From an uncultured virus (IMG/VR IMGVR_UViG_3300027542_000008) (Duplodnaviria; Heunggongvirae; Uroviricota; Caudoviricetes), in the IMG/VR virus record IMGVR_UViG_3300027542_000008, positions 1 through 64,000 of that record: a stretch of 64,000 bases of DNA. One strand, 5' to 3'. Both the position numbers and the translations under genes were made by a program. This document shows positions 26,822 to 36,902 of the stretch, piece after piece (positions within the stretch are counted from its first letter, which is position 1; each line of letters starts with the position of its first letter). The notes below the pieces were generated by a model. The model was not told the origin of the DNA. It saw only the letters and a program-made list of their open reading frames with translations, and did no database searches.

Positions 26822-29553
26822 GCGAACACTACTCCTTTTCTCTTCATAAAATTACCCGCCGTTTCCATAATTTCATTGGTTAGGTCGGATATATCTTCGC
26901 TTGAATAGTTGTTGAATTTATCGATGTTAAGCTGAATAGTGATGCTACCCGAAGCCCCTGCTGCCGTATCCCGAACGCCGTTTACAGTTTTGCTAACATC
27001 GAACTGCAACGGTTCTGAGCCTAAGTCGGCTGAAAGTTCATTGAATACGGAATTCAAATCCCGCGTCATATCCATTGCCGAATCCATAACTTCACCCGCA
27101 GACTCGTCAATACCGCCAGCCAAACCCTCCATCATCATGTCACCAATCCATGCCATCTTTTTAGACGGTGAGTGAATCCCGAAGAAATTCTTTATGCCGC
27201 TCCAGAGGTCTTTCGCCCAACTGCTAACTTTATCCCAAATCCAACCAGCAAGGCTCTTGATTCCTTCCCAAAGACCGCGCACCAAATTAGCGCCAATTTC
27301 AACGAATGAGCTTATACCTTGCGAGAAACCATCGACCAGCGCTTTTATGATTTGCGGAACCGCCTTCACAAGTTCTACGATGATTGTAGGAAGGTTCGCA
27401 ATCAATGACATAAACAGTTGAATACCCGCTTGGATGAGTTGTGGAATTGAGCCGAGAATTGCTTCAATAATTCCGTTGATAATTTTCGGAATAGCTTCTA
27501 CTATTGCTGTTATAATTTGCGGCAACGCTGCTACCAACGAAATCAAAAGTTGAATGCCTGCTTCAATCAGCAACGGAATCGCACCAATAACCGCATCGAT
27601 TATACTCGATATAATCTTCGGAATTGCCTCTACTATTGTAACGATAATGTCAGGCAGCGCTGTAATAAGCGCGGTAAGCAATTTTATGCCAGCATCAATT
27701 ATCAGCGGAATCGCATCCAATACCGCTTCAATTATTGCATTTATAATCTCAGGGAAGACTTCAACTATTGCCTGGATAATTTCTGGCAATGCAGCCACAA
27801 GTGAGGTCAAAAGCTGTATGCCTGCATCGATGATTTCCGGTATTGCACCGAGAATAAAAGAAACTATTGCTTTTATAATTTCCGGCAGCGCTTTAATGAT
27901 TACAGGAATTGCGTCAAGTATTCCTTTTGCAACGCCTTTTATGAGTTCAAGCACCGCTTTCAAGATTGTAGGCAGATTGTTTATAAGCGTTTTCGCTACT
28001 TGCACAACTACCTGAACGATTGCGGGTATCAGCTTCGGAAGTGCCTGTGCTAACCCTGCGACAAGCGTTTCAATTACTTTCAACGCAACATCAATCAGCA
28101 TCGGCAACTGGTCGATTATACCGTCCACCAAAGCCAATACCAACTGCAGCGCCCCGTCCGCTATCTGCGGAAGCGCGGAAATTAAGCCGTTTAATATCGT
28201 AAAGATTATCTGAGAAACGGCGGTGACTATCATAGGAAGGTTGTCTACTATCGCTTTACCGATTGAGCCAACCACCGAAACAATCAAGTCCAGAATTTGC
28301 GGTACATACTTCATCACGGTATTTAGTGCTTTCGGCAATATCTCGCTTATAACACTTGCCATCTTGCTGATATCACCGCCGCATTCCTGAATGCCGCGTG
28401 CGAAGTCTCCCAGAAGGTCAACCCCTGCGCCAGAAAGCTCGGTAAGTATCGGTAACAAAACAGTACCGAGAGAGTTTTTCGCAGCAGTCGCACCCGTGGT
28501 CAGTTTTTGAAGTTGGTCATCGTATGCGCCGTAAGCCGCAAGAGTATCGTCCGACAGGACATATCCTGCCTTTCGCGCTTCTTCCCCCAGCTCCGACATT
28601 CGGTCCGCACCTGCGACAATTAACGGATTGAGTTCTTGCGCGGACTTGCCAAGCACCTGCATTGCAATCGCATCTCGCTCGGTTTCATTCTCGATTTTCC
28701 CAAGCGCATCGATTAATTCCCAATACACAGTATCGCTATCGCGCAACTCTCCGTTCGCATCGACAACAGCAACACCAAGCTGCGCATACGCTTCTTCATA
28801 TGCTTTCGAACCGTCTGCCGCCGACTTCATTGATTTGATGTTTTTTGCCATCGACTTCGTCAACGTTTCAACCGAAACATCTACGAGTTCGGCGGCATAC
28901 ATGTACTCTTGAAGTTTGTCTGTTGCAATGCCGGTTACGGTTGATTCGGTGAGAACGTTATCTGCATACGCCGCGCCTTCCTTCGTCATATCCACCAATG
29001 CTTTACCCGCGGCGATGGCGGCAGCAGAAACGGCAGCGAACGCAGCAGTGATAGCCCCAGCTACACCTTTGCATACACTGCCGAGAGCTTCCATCTTGGG
29101 CGAGGATTTTTCGGCTTGTTTGCCTGCATCCTCAATTTCATCACCCATTTTATCGGCTGACTTCTTCGCATCATCCATTCCCGAACTGGTGGACTTAAGA
29201 GCTGTTTGGTTTTGTTTAAGCTCTTTTTCCATTCCGTTAAGTTCGGCTTGTGCATTGTTTAACTGAACTTGCCAAGCCTGAGTTCGTTTGTCCGTTTCAC
29301 CAAAGGACGATGCCGCGCTTGAAAGCGCGGAGCGCAATGTTTCAATTTTTGATTTTTGCGCTTCGATAGACTTTTCCAGAACTTCGTTCCGAGCCGTAAG
29401 CGCAGCAACCGACTGGTCATTTTTATCGAACTGCGAATCAACCAGCTTCATTTCGGAGCCAAGCACCTTAAATGACTGATTGATTTCCGACAGCGCTTTC
29501 TTGAATTCTTTCTCGCCTTCAAGCCCTATCTTCAATCCGAAATTATCTGCCAT
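26818..29553 (-). CDS. Tape measure protein
   Basis: MADNFGLKIGLEGEKEFK start; P-spaced amphipathic repeats; GIHSPS. Confidence 0.92.
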   Translation of the reverse strand: MADNFGLKIGLEGEKEFKKALSEINQSFKVLGSEMKLVDSQFDKNDQSVAALTARNEVLEKSIEAQKSKIETLRSALSSAASSFGETDKRTQAWQVQLNNAQAELNGMEKELKQNQTALKSTSSGMDDAKKSADKMGDEIEDAGKQAEKSSPKMEALGSVCKGVAGAITAAFAAVSAAAIAAGKALVDMTKEGAAYADNVLTESTVTGIATDKLQEYMYAAELVDVSVETLTKSMAKNIKSMKSAADGSKAYEEAYAQLGVAVVDANGELRDSDTVYWELIDALGKIENETERDAIAMQVLGKSAQELNPLIVAGADRMSELGEEARKAGYVLSDDTLAAYGAYDDQLQKLTTGATAAKNSLGTVLLPILTELSGAGVDLLGDFARGIQECGGDISKMASVISEILPKALNTVMKYVPQILDLIVSVVGSIGKAIVDNLPMIVTAVSQIIFTILNGLISALPQIADGALQLVLALVDGIIDQLPMLIDVALKVIETLVAGLAQALPKLIPAIVQVVVQVAKTLINNLPTILKAVLELIKGVAKGILDAIPVIIKALPEIIKAIVSFILGAIPEIIDAGIQLLTSLVAALPEIIQAIVEVFPEIINAIIEAVLDAIPLIIDAGIKLLTALITALPDIIVTIVEAIPKIISSIIDAVIGAIPLLIEAGIQLLISLVAALPQIITAIVEAIPKIINGIIEAILGSIPQLIQAGIQLFMSLIANLPTIIVELVKAVPQIIKALVDGFSQGISSFVEIGANLVRGLWEGIKSLAGWIWDKVSSWAKDLWSGIKNFFGIHSPSKKMAWIGDMMMEGLAGGIDESAGEVMDSAMDMTRDLNSVFNELSADLGSEPLQFDVSKTVNGVRDTAAGASGSITIQLNIDKFNNYSSEDISDLTNEIMETAGNFMKRKGVVFA

Positions 29554-29581
29554 TTTGCTTGCCTCCTTGTTTTTTTTGCAT

Positions 29582-29618
29582 AAGAAAAGCACCTACCCTT
29601 GGGGATAGATGCTCTTCT
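29582..29618 (-). terminator. Hairpin after fic gene
   Basis: agaagagcatcta...taggtgcttttctt on minus strand. Confidence 0.6.
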
Positions 29619-29641
29619 AATATTTTTAATAAATTACAAAA

Positions 29642-30691
29642 TCAATATTTTAATCTGATGTAATACACTGAACGCCCTATACCTTTACGTTCAATATCGC
29701 CTTCACTTATAAGCTCACGGAACGCAGCTTCAATAGAGCTTACACTTAATGTTGGACACAATTCTTTTATTTCCTGTTTAGTAAATTTGCCTATCTTGCA
29801 TTGTATTGCTTTACGTACCATTTCTTTCGCAGGAATTTTTTCACTTACAATTTCCATTCGCTGTTCAAAATCTCGATAAGCTGAAACTATTATACCCAGC
29901 AAGTATTTTACAAACGGCAACGGATTATCGCAATTATCATGCCAACCATCCTGGCTTGCTTGGAGTGCGTCATAATATAAATCCTTGTGCTTCGCAATTT
30001 TTGCTTCCAAGGAAATGTATTTCCCGACATAAAACCCTGAACGATACAAAAGTAATGTTGTTAAAAGTCGAGACATCCTTCCATTACCGTCAAGAAACGG
30101 GTGAATACACAAAAAATCATGAATAAAAATAGGTATGAGTATGAGCGGGTCAACGTCTCCACTTCCCAATGTCCTATTAAATTCTTCACACAGCGTTTGC
30201 ATTGCTATCGGTGTTTCAAACGGTGAAAGTGGCGTAAACAATGTGTACGTCCTTCCATTGCTGTCTGTTGCGCTTATATAATTTTGAACATTCTTATATT
30301 TTCCGTCCATTCCGGTTTCAGCGTGGCTTAAAAGAATTTTATGCAATTGTAAAATAAAATTCGGCGTTATCGGTATCGACTCAAAATTCTCATGAATAAT
30401 ATTTAGTGCATCCCTATAACCTGCTATTTCCTTTTCATCGCGGTTTCTCGGCGTGGTTTTATCCTGAACAAGCTGTTTTAATCTCGTATTTGTTGTTCTT
30501 ATGCCTTCAATTTCATTTGATGCTTCAGTACTCTGCACCTTTGCAATTTCGACAAGTACATCAAGATCCGCAGGTTTCTGTTTTAAATAAAGTTCTTGCT
30601 TCCCTTTTTCCTGATAAATCTGAGCAATATACCCCAAAATTTCAGAATCCCACTGCTTGTTTTTTAATCCTGCATAGCAAAACTCTTTCAT
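29642..30691 (-). CDS. Fic-domain protein with C-terminal wHTH (moron)
   Basis: IHPFLDGNGRMSR; inhibitory-type SNEIEG motif. Confidence 0.9.
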   Translation of the reverse strand: MKEFCYAGLKNKQWDSEILGYIAQIYQEKGKQELYLKQKPADLDVLVEIAKVQSTEASNEIEGIRTTNTRLKQLVQDKTTPRNRDEKEIAGYRDALNIIHENFESIPITPNFILQLHKILLSHAETGMDGKYKNVQNYISATDSNGRTYTLFTPLSPFETPIAMQTLCEEFNRTLGSGDVDPLILIPIFIHDFLCIHPFLDGNGRMSRLLTTLLLYRSGFYVGKYISLEAKIAKHKDLYYDALQASQDGWHDNCDNPLPFVKYLLGIIVSAYRDFEQRMEIVSEKIPAKEMVRKAIQCKIGKFTKQEIKELCPTLSVSSIEAAFRELISEGDIERKGIGRSVYYIRLKY

Positions 30692-30701
30692 ACGATACTC
30701 C

Positions 30702-30741
30702 TTTACCCTTAAATAATAGCATATTTTAAGGGCAAAGTCAA
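30702..30741 (-). promoter_or_regulatory. fic promoter overlapped by palindrome
   Basis: TTGACT-17-TATTAT; tttacccttaaa/tttaagggcaaa inverted repeat. Confidence 0.65.
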
Positions 30742-30793
30742 TTACTTATGCGAAAATCAAAAGCTATTTATGTATCGTTTTTGTCTATTTATG

Positions 30794-31003
30794 TCATATA
30801 CCATCTGGGATAATATCGTCGATGAAGACCTCCACCTTCGCTTTACTTATCCCGTGGAACTGTTTATGACATTCCCACAAATCCAGCAGTAAGCCGAAAG
30901 GCATCAGCCAAATTTCGTCTTGCGTTAAGTGCAAATGCGCTAACCCGTAATAAAGCAGACGGGTAAACAACTCGTCATCGTTTACCCGCCCACTGCGTTT
31001 TTT
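30794..31003 (-). CDS. -1 frameshift extension of tail assembly chaperone (gpGT-like)
   Basis: A AAA AAC slippery site; -1 frame reads RSGRVNDDELFTRLLYYG...IIPDGI*. Confidence 0.8.
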   Translation of the reverse strand, partial: KKRSGRVNDDELFTRLLYYGLAHLHLTQDEIWLMPFGLLLDLWECHKQFHGISKAKVEVFIDDIIPDGI

Positions 31004-31359
31004 GATTCTTCACTCTCCACGTTGCGCTTTGTTCCTTTAAATAAACATTCCGTAATTGCATCCTTGTAGGTTGCCAAATCTGTGGGAATAGTTAAAAGTT
31101 CTACCTCCTCCGCTGTAAGAAGCGGCTTTTCGCTTCCCTTATTGCGAAGGTTGAAAATCTGAACCGACTGGTTTGCAAGCGTAACTATAAGCCATACAAC
31201 TTCGTCAAGTGCCTGCTCGAAGTTCTCGCTCTTCATCAGCTTTTCGCCAAGGTTCTCTAAACCGCCGTAACGACTTGCGATTGCCTTTGTTGCTCTGGTT
31301 GTAAGGATGAGTTCATAATCCTTGCCTCCTATGTTAATACTTACTGCTCTCTCATCCAT
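30982..31359 (-). CDS. Tail assembly chaperone (gpG-like)
   Basis: Between major tail protein and tape measure; ends ESKNAVGG. Confidence 0.85.
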   Translation of the reverse strand: MDERAVSINIGGKDYELILTTRATKAIASRYGGLENLGEKLMKSENFEQALDEVVWLIVTLANQSVQIFNLRNKGSEKPLLTAEEVELLTIPTDLATYKDAITECLFKGTKRNVESEESKNAVGG

Positions 31360-32207
31360 CAGTTGCCTCCTCCGCCACTATGACTGCGCGTGGTTGTAGT
31401 AGATGTATTGTCTGTCTCTTCCTCATCGTTTCTTTCCGGTTCGGGTATTCCGCCGAGACCCAGAGGAACATCCGTATCATCTATCTCTACCGATACCCGT
31501 TCAGGCTCATCGATATAACCGCCGCTACCTAAGTTATCCATTTCAGTTGTCGTTTCCGTACCGCCATTCTCATTGGCTTTGGCTTCGTAATGTGCGGCTT
31601 CTTCGCTGCTTGCTTCGCTGTCTGTCGTGGATGTTTCATAACTCGGTTCATACACCTCGTCATACCATTTGTTAATAACCACAGCATTCTCGCTCGTTTC
31701 CGTAACCTCCGCTTTCCAGGGATGGTTTTTATTTCCGTCAAGTTTATTCCTGCGGAAAATGCTGCCTTCGATGGTCGGTGTCTGGAACGAAATTGAATCG
31801 CCCTTGGTTGCCAGGTTCGTGGCGGGAACACCGAACAGAACTCTGTACAACCAGTAATACTTGTACTTACCGTTCGCTTTCTTCGCTCTGAAACCGATAG
31901 CCACATACTTCGAAGTATCTTCCGAACCCGAAACAAGCACACCGTTTTTATCGAGCTTTGCACCGACAAGGTCTGCCGCTACTACGTGACCTATATCGTC
32001 AACGCCAAGCGAGAGCGTTCCACCTTTAAATTCCTTGACCGCCTCCGCTTGACCGTCATCCGCGTACAGCGTTGCTTCATTAAGTTCAACCGACAAATCT
32101 GCCGAGATTGCCTTTGCGAGTTGCTTCGGTTTTCCGTAGGCTTCGTTGCCGTTTTCATCTTCGGTAATATCGGCATAAAAGAGTTTGTCAAGTCCAATTG
32201 TTGCCAT
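31359..32207 (-). CDS. Major tail protein (phi13 family) with acidic C-terminal extension
   Basis: MATIGLDKLFYA, LYADDG, AIGFRAKK. Confidence 0.9.
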   Translation of the reverse strand: MATIGLDKLFYADITEDENGNEAYGKPKQLAKAISADLSVELNEATLYADDGQAEAVKEFKGGTLSLGVDDIGHVVAADLVGAKLDKNGVLVSGSEDTSKYVAIGFRAKKANGKYKYYWLYRVLFGVPATNLATKGDSISFQTPTIEGSIFRRNKLDGNKNHPWKAEVTETSENAVVINKWYDEVYEPSYETSTTDSEASSEEAAHYEAKANENGGTETTTEMDNLGSGGYIDEPERVSVEIDDTDVPLGLGGIPEPERNDEEETDNTSTTTTRSHSGGGGN

Positions 32208-32212
32208 AATTT

Positions 32213-32554
32213 TTAATCCTCCAATTCGTAGTTTTTTTGAACATCAATGGAATAACCATGATAGTTCGTTTCGGTATCAAAACCGAGATACCTTCGGTCC
32301 GTAACAGTGAAGTCCGCTTTCAAAAGCGCACTTGTAATACGGCGTTTTAACCGGGTATAGTTCGATACGGTAAAAATGGAAATACGCGCTTCGGAAACCT
32401 CGGTCCCCGGCGCATTATCTGCGTGAAGTGCGAAGTTATCCGAAAGAGGTGTTACCACCAAATACTCACCAGGTGCTTTGCCGGTAAATATCCCCGTTTC
32501 GATAGGTACCTTAACTTTCCCAAGCACGGAGTGCAATTCTTCGAGTATACTCAT
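32213..32554 (-). CDS. Tail terminator/completion protein
   Basis: Synteny and size. Confidence 0.7.
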   Translation of the reverse strand: MSILEELHSVLGKVKVPIETGIFTGKAPGEYLVVTPLSDNFALHADNAPGTEVSEARISIFTVSNYTRLKRRITSALLKADFTVTDRRYLGFDTETNYHGYSIDVQKNYELED

Positions 32555-32982
32555 AGCTTTTTAATCTCCTGGTCCAAAGTGTCCGTCATTTTTTGCACCA
32601 CAGCACCTTTACAGGCGTTTGTGGCGGGTTTAAGGAAAGGCTTGGGCGGTTGCCCCACCCGTCCGTATTCGAGGATGTTGGCGATTTTAGCGTTGCTCTC
32701 GCCGCCTTTACGCGGTTCCGAAAAACCCAGCTTTATGTTGCTGTTTCCGTTACGATCCTGTCGCACGCCGGTAAGTCCTAACGCGGAAGCAAGCTCACCT
32801 GTGGACCTGCTTTTAACCTTTGTATCTTTGCCAACGACTGCCTGTAAATTACTCTTCGTTTTAGAAAGAATTATCTCGCCACCAGCCTTCAATGCTTTTT
32901 CCGCAATCTCATCTGTCCGGCTTCCGAGCTTCGAAAGTTTCATCAGGAAATCGTCTGGCATTTTTATCGTTGTCTTAGCCAT
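32551..32982 (-). CDS. HK97 gp10-family protein
   Basis: LEYG...QPPKPFLKPA. Confidence 0.85.
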   Translation of the reverse strand: MAKTTIKMPDDFLMKLSKLGSRTDEIAEKALKAGGEIILSKTKSNLQAVVGKDTKVKSRSTGELASALGLTGVRQDRNGNSNIKLGFSEPRKGGESNAKIANILEYGRVGQPPKPFLKPATNACKGAVVQKMTDTLDQEIKKL

Positions 32983-33311
32983 TCATCTCCCTCGCTCACC
33001 TTTGCAAGTATCTCGGTGTACATGCCCTTGCCTTTCACATCTTCAACGGACACTATCTCGTACCGCTTTCCTTCACATACGATAAAATCGTGCGTGGTAA
33101 TCTTTACGCGAGGAATGCGCCTGAACCGGAAAAGGTCAGTTGCAACGGAAAAAGATGCAAGGTTCGCCCAACGTTCTGAGCCGTGCTTTCCTTCCTGATA
33201 AACCCGGACTGATGCGAGAATATGCTCTCCCTGTTTTACAAACCCTTCTTTATCTTTAAACTTGTGCGTGCGGACTATTTCCGCAAACTTATTCATTTTT
33301 CCGTAGCTCAT
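32964..33311 (-). CDS. Head-tail adaptor/closure protein
   Basis: MSYGKM...FRFR...YEIVSVEDV. Confidence 0.8.
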   Translation of the reverse strand: MSYGKMNKFAEIVRTHKFKDKEGFVKQGEHILASVRVYQEGKHGSERWANLASFSVATDLFRFRRIPRVKITTHDFIVCEGKRYEIVSVEDVKGKGMYTEILAKVSEGDEWLRQR

Positions 33312-33312
33312 T

Positions 33313-33627
33313 TCAAACCTTCCACTCTCGGTCCAACCTTAAAAGCAGATTGACTGTGTTCCATACTTGCTGCCCCGCCTGAACATTGTCCCCGAAGAAA
33401 CCGCCTGTCGAGCCATCCCTACTTTCGTAGAAATGGCTGGCAAGCATTATTACCGCCTGCTCGGTTGAAGCAGACATTACGTTTTCCCGATAGTACCCGT
33501 CTTGAATATGCTGGTATTTTTCAGCGTAGGAAACGGCGGCAGCAATGTAGCCTTCCAAGAGCTTATCGTCTTCGTCATGCGCAAGGATTAAGTTCCCTTT
33601 AACTTTCTCTAACAGGTTATTCATCAC
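33313..33627 (-). CDS. Head-tail connector (gp6-like)
   Basis: KVKGNL...DDKLL...AVIMLASHFYESR. Confidence 0.85.
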   Translation of the reverse strand: MMNNLLEKVKGNLILAHDEDDKLLEGYIAAAVSYAEKYQHIQDGYYRENVMSASTEQAVIMLASHFYESRDGSTGGFFGDNVQAGQQVWNTVNLLLRLDREWKV

Positions 33628-33646
33628 TGCCGCGCTCCTTTTTAAA

Positions 33647-34852
33647 TTACGCCTTCGCCGCAGCCTTGTGCTGAAGCACCTTGATTGCTTCGGGAAGGAT
33701 GAGTTTGCCGTCCACGCGCTTGGTTGCGAGGAAACCTACCTGACCGGTTTCCGCATAACGCTCGTTCAAACGCTTAAACGATACGCCCTGACGGTCTCCT
33801 ATCCAGTAATACGAAAAATCACCGAACGCAATCGTCTTTGCACCCGCCGCCGCTTCCGGCGCGAAAGGCGTAGTGAAGATGCGCTTACCGAGAATGGTAT
33901 CGAACTCACCGTCACGCAATGCGGGCTGCCACAGGTACTGACCGTTGGAGTCCTTGAGCTTGCGGATGATTTTAACCGTGGAATCGTTAAGAATCCAGAT
34001 TGCGTTTTTGCGATAGGGTGCCTTAAGCGAATAGAACAGGTCGATGAGTTCGTCCGCCGTGATGGTGTTCGCCGCAGCCGCCGTTACGCCGATTTCTGCG
34101 CCTCCTGTGGCGTTGAAAATGCCGGTAGGCTTACCAGTGCCATTGCCTGTGAGAAACGCCTCTTCTTCCGCGTTACCGATTCTACGCGCGAATTCGCTCG
34201 TGAAATAGGATTCGAGGTTGAACGCCGAGTCCGAAAGAAGTTCTTCGGAAACTTTGATGAGGGTTCCGACCTTGTGTGCGCCGATGAGCTGCTGTCCGAA
34301 GACATCATCGCTCTCGGTAATCGAGCCGGCTTCGTCAATCCAAGATGCGGTGCCGCGCTGCGATACCACGGGGATTTTGTGTGCGCCGCTCGAAGTGGTA
34401 AAGATGTGCGCGAACTTACGGATGATATTTTCATCGTTCAATGCCGTAATGAGAGTGTTCTCAAATTCGTCCGGAACAAGGAAGCCACCCTCGGTATCCG
34501 AGCCGATGCTCAGTGCATTTCTTACTTCGATGCTGTCGCGCCTTCTTGCGTGGTCCCAGAATGCTCTCTTGTACGCATCCGTTGCCCTGCCGGTTTTCAT
34601 GTCCGCCTTGGGCGCTTCGGGTTTCGCCGTAAGAGGCGCGTTTACGGGTTTGTTGAGTTCGTTTTCAAGAGCCTCTGCTCTTTCCATACGGGCGATTTCT
34701 TTGCCCAGTGCGCTGATGTCGTTTTCCATGCGCGTGTAGATTGCATCGTCCTCTGCCGAGAGCGTGCCATCACCGGTTCTGTGCGAGTCAAGGAATGCCT
34801 TTGCGGATTCCCATGCTTTTGCGCGTTTTTCACGCAGTTCCAAAATAGTCAT
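33647..34852 (-). CDS. Major capsid protein (HK97 fold)
   Basis: EGGFLVP, KLKDSNGQYLWQP, FGDFS, RVDG. Confidence 0.95.
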   Translation of the reverse strand: MTILELREKRAKAWESAKAFLDSHRTGDGTLSAEDDAIYTRMENDISALGKEIARMERAEALENELNKPVNAPLTAKPEAPKADMKTGRATDAYKRAFWDHARRRDSIEVRNALSIGSDTEGGFLVPDEFENTLITALNDENIIRKFAHIFTTSSGAHKIPVVSQRGTASWIDEAGSITESDDVFGQQLIGAHKVGTLIKVSEELLSDSAFNLESYFTSEFARRIGNAEEEAFLTGNGTGKPTGIFNATGGAEIGVTAAAANTITADELIDLFYSLKAPYRKNAIWILNDSTVKIIRKLKDSNGQYLWQPALRDGEFDTILGKRIFTTPFAPEAAAGAKTIAFGDFSYYWIGDRQGVSFKRLNERYAETGQVGFLATKRVDGKLILPEAIKVLQHKAAAKA

Positions 34853-34869
34853 TTTTTATTCCTCCAATT

Positions 34870-35640
34870 TTAATATTTCATAAGGTTGAGCCGTTCCATT
34901 AGCTCGTCAACGGAACGCCCGGTTTTCGAGGGCTGCTTACCCTCAGCCGCTTCCGGCACCTCCGGTTCTTTCGGAGCTTTGGTTTTTGCCTTGGCGGTTA
35001 TCTTGTTGAAAAGCTGCGTTTCCACCGCTCTGCCGGAAAAGGCATACGCAGGCACATCCACTGCCAGCTTTTCGTCCGTCAGGATGTCATCCGCGAACCC
35101 AAGCTCTATCGCTTTATTTGCGTTCATCCAGGTTTCCGCATCCATAAGGTGCGAGAGTTTTGCGCGGGACTGGTTGGTCTTGATTTCGTAGGCGTTTATG
35201 ATACTTTCCTTTACTTCGTCCAGCATTTCAATTGCCTTCTTCATATCCTCGTGGTCACCGAACGCCGCCGTTGCAGGATTGTGAATCATAATTAACGCCG
35301 TAGGTGCCATAAGAACCTTGGTTCCCGCCATTGCGATTACCGATGCCGCCGATGCCGCGATACCGTCTATCTTCACGGTTACGTTGCCCTTGTAATCCAT
35401 AAGCATCGAATAAATCTGGCTTGCTGCAATGCAGTCACCGCCAGGCGAGTTAATCCAAACAGTGATGTCCCCTTCGCCTGCGTTCAGTTCATCTCTGAAC
35501 ATCTGCGGGGTGACATCATCATCGAACCAGCTCTCTTCCGCAATCGTGCCGTAGAGTTCAAGAACTCTTTCGGCGGGTTTTCCGTCCGCTTCCGCTTGAT
35601 TTTTCCACGTCCAGAACTTCCTCGCTTGTGCTTTCTTCAT
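34870..35640 (-). CDS. ClpP-type prohead protease
   Basis: INSPGG, AASAAS, MIHNP, ETWM...GFAD. Confidence 0.93.
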   Translation of the reverse strand: MKKAQARKFWTWKNQAEADGKPAERVLELYGTIAEESWFDDDVTPQMFRDELNAGEGDITVWINSPGGDCIAASQIYSMLMDYKGNVTVKIDGIAASAASVIAMAGTKVLMAPTALIMIHNPATAAFGDHEDMKKAIEMLDEVKESIINAYEIKTNQSRAKLSHLMDAETWMNANKAIELGFADDILTDEKLAVDVPAYAFSGRAVETQLFNKITAKAKTKAPKEPEVPEAAEGKQPSKTGRSVDELMERLNLMKY

Positions 35641-36892
35641 TGTCTGTTTTGTCCTCCTTTCCTTTTTCTGCATAAGCACCCGCCTTATTTAACGGGAGCA
35701 TGTTGCCGTTGATTAAATACAAATCGCCGCCCTCCTCTGCGGGAATGCGGTCCAAGTTTTCAAGTTCGCGGATATCGTTTGCAGACATCCACCCGTTCTG
35801 TCGCGCGGTTGCGTAGCCGGTCATACGGCTTTGATAATCACCGCGAAGCAACCCCTCAAGGTTGAACTTGAAAAAGTATGTGGGTTTCTCTGTTGCGGAT
35901 AGCAGCGCTCTTGAAAGCGCCTGTTCCCAACGCACCACCCACGGTTCAAGGGTGTACTTTACAAATTCCAGCGACTGCTGCTCAATATTGGAAAAGCTCG
36001 ATTTCTCAAGGTCCCCAACCATATGCGGAGGAACTCTGAAAATTCGAGCTATTTCGTTAATTTGAAATTTCCGAGTTTCAAGGAATTGCGCCTGTTCTGG
36101 TGAGATAGATATCGGGGTGTATTTCATCCCCTCTTCTAACACTGCCACCTTTCCGGAATTTGCTGAGCCGCCAAAAGTTGAGTTCCAACTGTCGCGCACT
36201 TTAGCCGGGTCTTTTATGGTTCCGGGATGCTCCAGAACCCCGCTCGGCGCAGCACCGTTTGCGAAGAACTTCGCACCGAATTCCTCGCACGCGATTGCCA
36301 TGCCGATTGCGTTTTTCGCCATAGCTATAGGGCTATATCCCACCAAACCGTCAAAGCCAAGTCCGGGAATGTGTAACACATCGCTTGGTTTCAAGATTAC
36401 GGTGTTTCCCGTCATCGTAGCCGCTTCCTCATTCGCCCGCGAATATGTGTAATATAACTGCCCTTTTTCGTCTCGGTCCACGCTCATCTTATTAGGCATC
36501 AACGGGTACAAAGCAATAACCTCACCCTTGCCATTTCGGATGATTTGCGCGTAAGCATTACCCCAAAGCAGCAGGTGAGTCATCAAGGTTTCCCTGAAAA
36601 CGAAACTCGTCATTTCCGGATTAGGCTCATCATGCAAAAGTCGGTAGAGGTTTGTGTCAACCGCTTGTTCCTTTCCACCACCTTCCTTATAGCGGTAAAG
36701 GTGCAAAGGCAAACCCGCAATTGCCTCCGAAAGTATTCTCACGCAAGCATATACTGCGGTCATTTGCATTGAGGAACGTTCAGTTACCGACTTCCCGCTC
36801 GTAGAACCACCCATCAGAAACGAGAAGCTGCTACCTACCGTTTTATTCTGGGGTTTATCTCTCGCCCGAAATAATCGTGAAAATATACCCAT
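35558..36892 (-). CDS. Portal protein (HK97 family)
   Basis: AVYACV, GNAYA, IARIFRVPP. Confidence 0.95.
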   Translation of the reverse strand: MGIFSRLFRARDKPQNKTVGSSFSFLMGGSTSGKSVTERSSMQMTAVYACVRILSEAIAGLPLHLYRYKEGGGKEQAVDTNLYRLLHDEPNPEMTSFVFRETLMTHLLLWGNAYAQIIRNGKGEVIALYPLMPNKMSVDRDEKGQLYYTYSRANEEAATMTGNTVILKPSDVLHIPGLGFDGLVGYSPIAMAKNAIGMAIACEEFGAKFFANGAAPSGVLEHPGTIKDPAKVRDSWNSTFGGSANSGKVAVLEEGMKYTPISISPEQAQFLETRKFQINEIARIFRVPPHMVGDLEKSSFSNIEQQSLEFVKYTLEPWVVRWEQALSRALLSATEKPTYFFKFNLEGLLRGDYQSRMTGYATARQNGWMSANDIRELENLDRIPAEEGGDLYLINGNMLPLNKAGAYAEKGKEDKTDNEESTSEEVLDVEKSSGSGRKTRRKSS

Positions 36893-36902
36893 TGCCTACC
36901 TC

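Noticed and set aside
27200..28350. Periodic repeats in the tape measure gene
   Set aside because: Ordinary amphipathic tape-measure repeats
33668..34873. 401-aa plus-strand ORF
   Set aside because: Antisense shadow of the major capsid gene; no RBS or recognisable motifs
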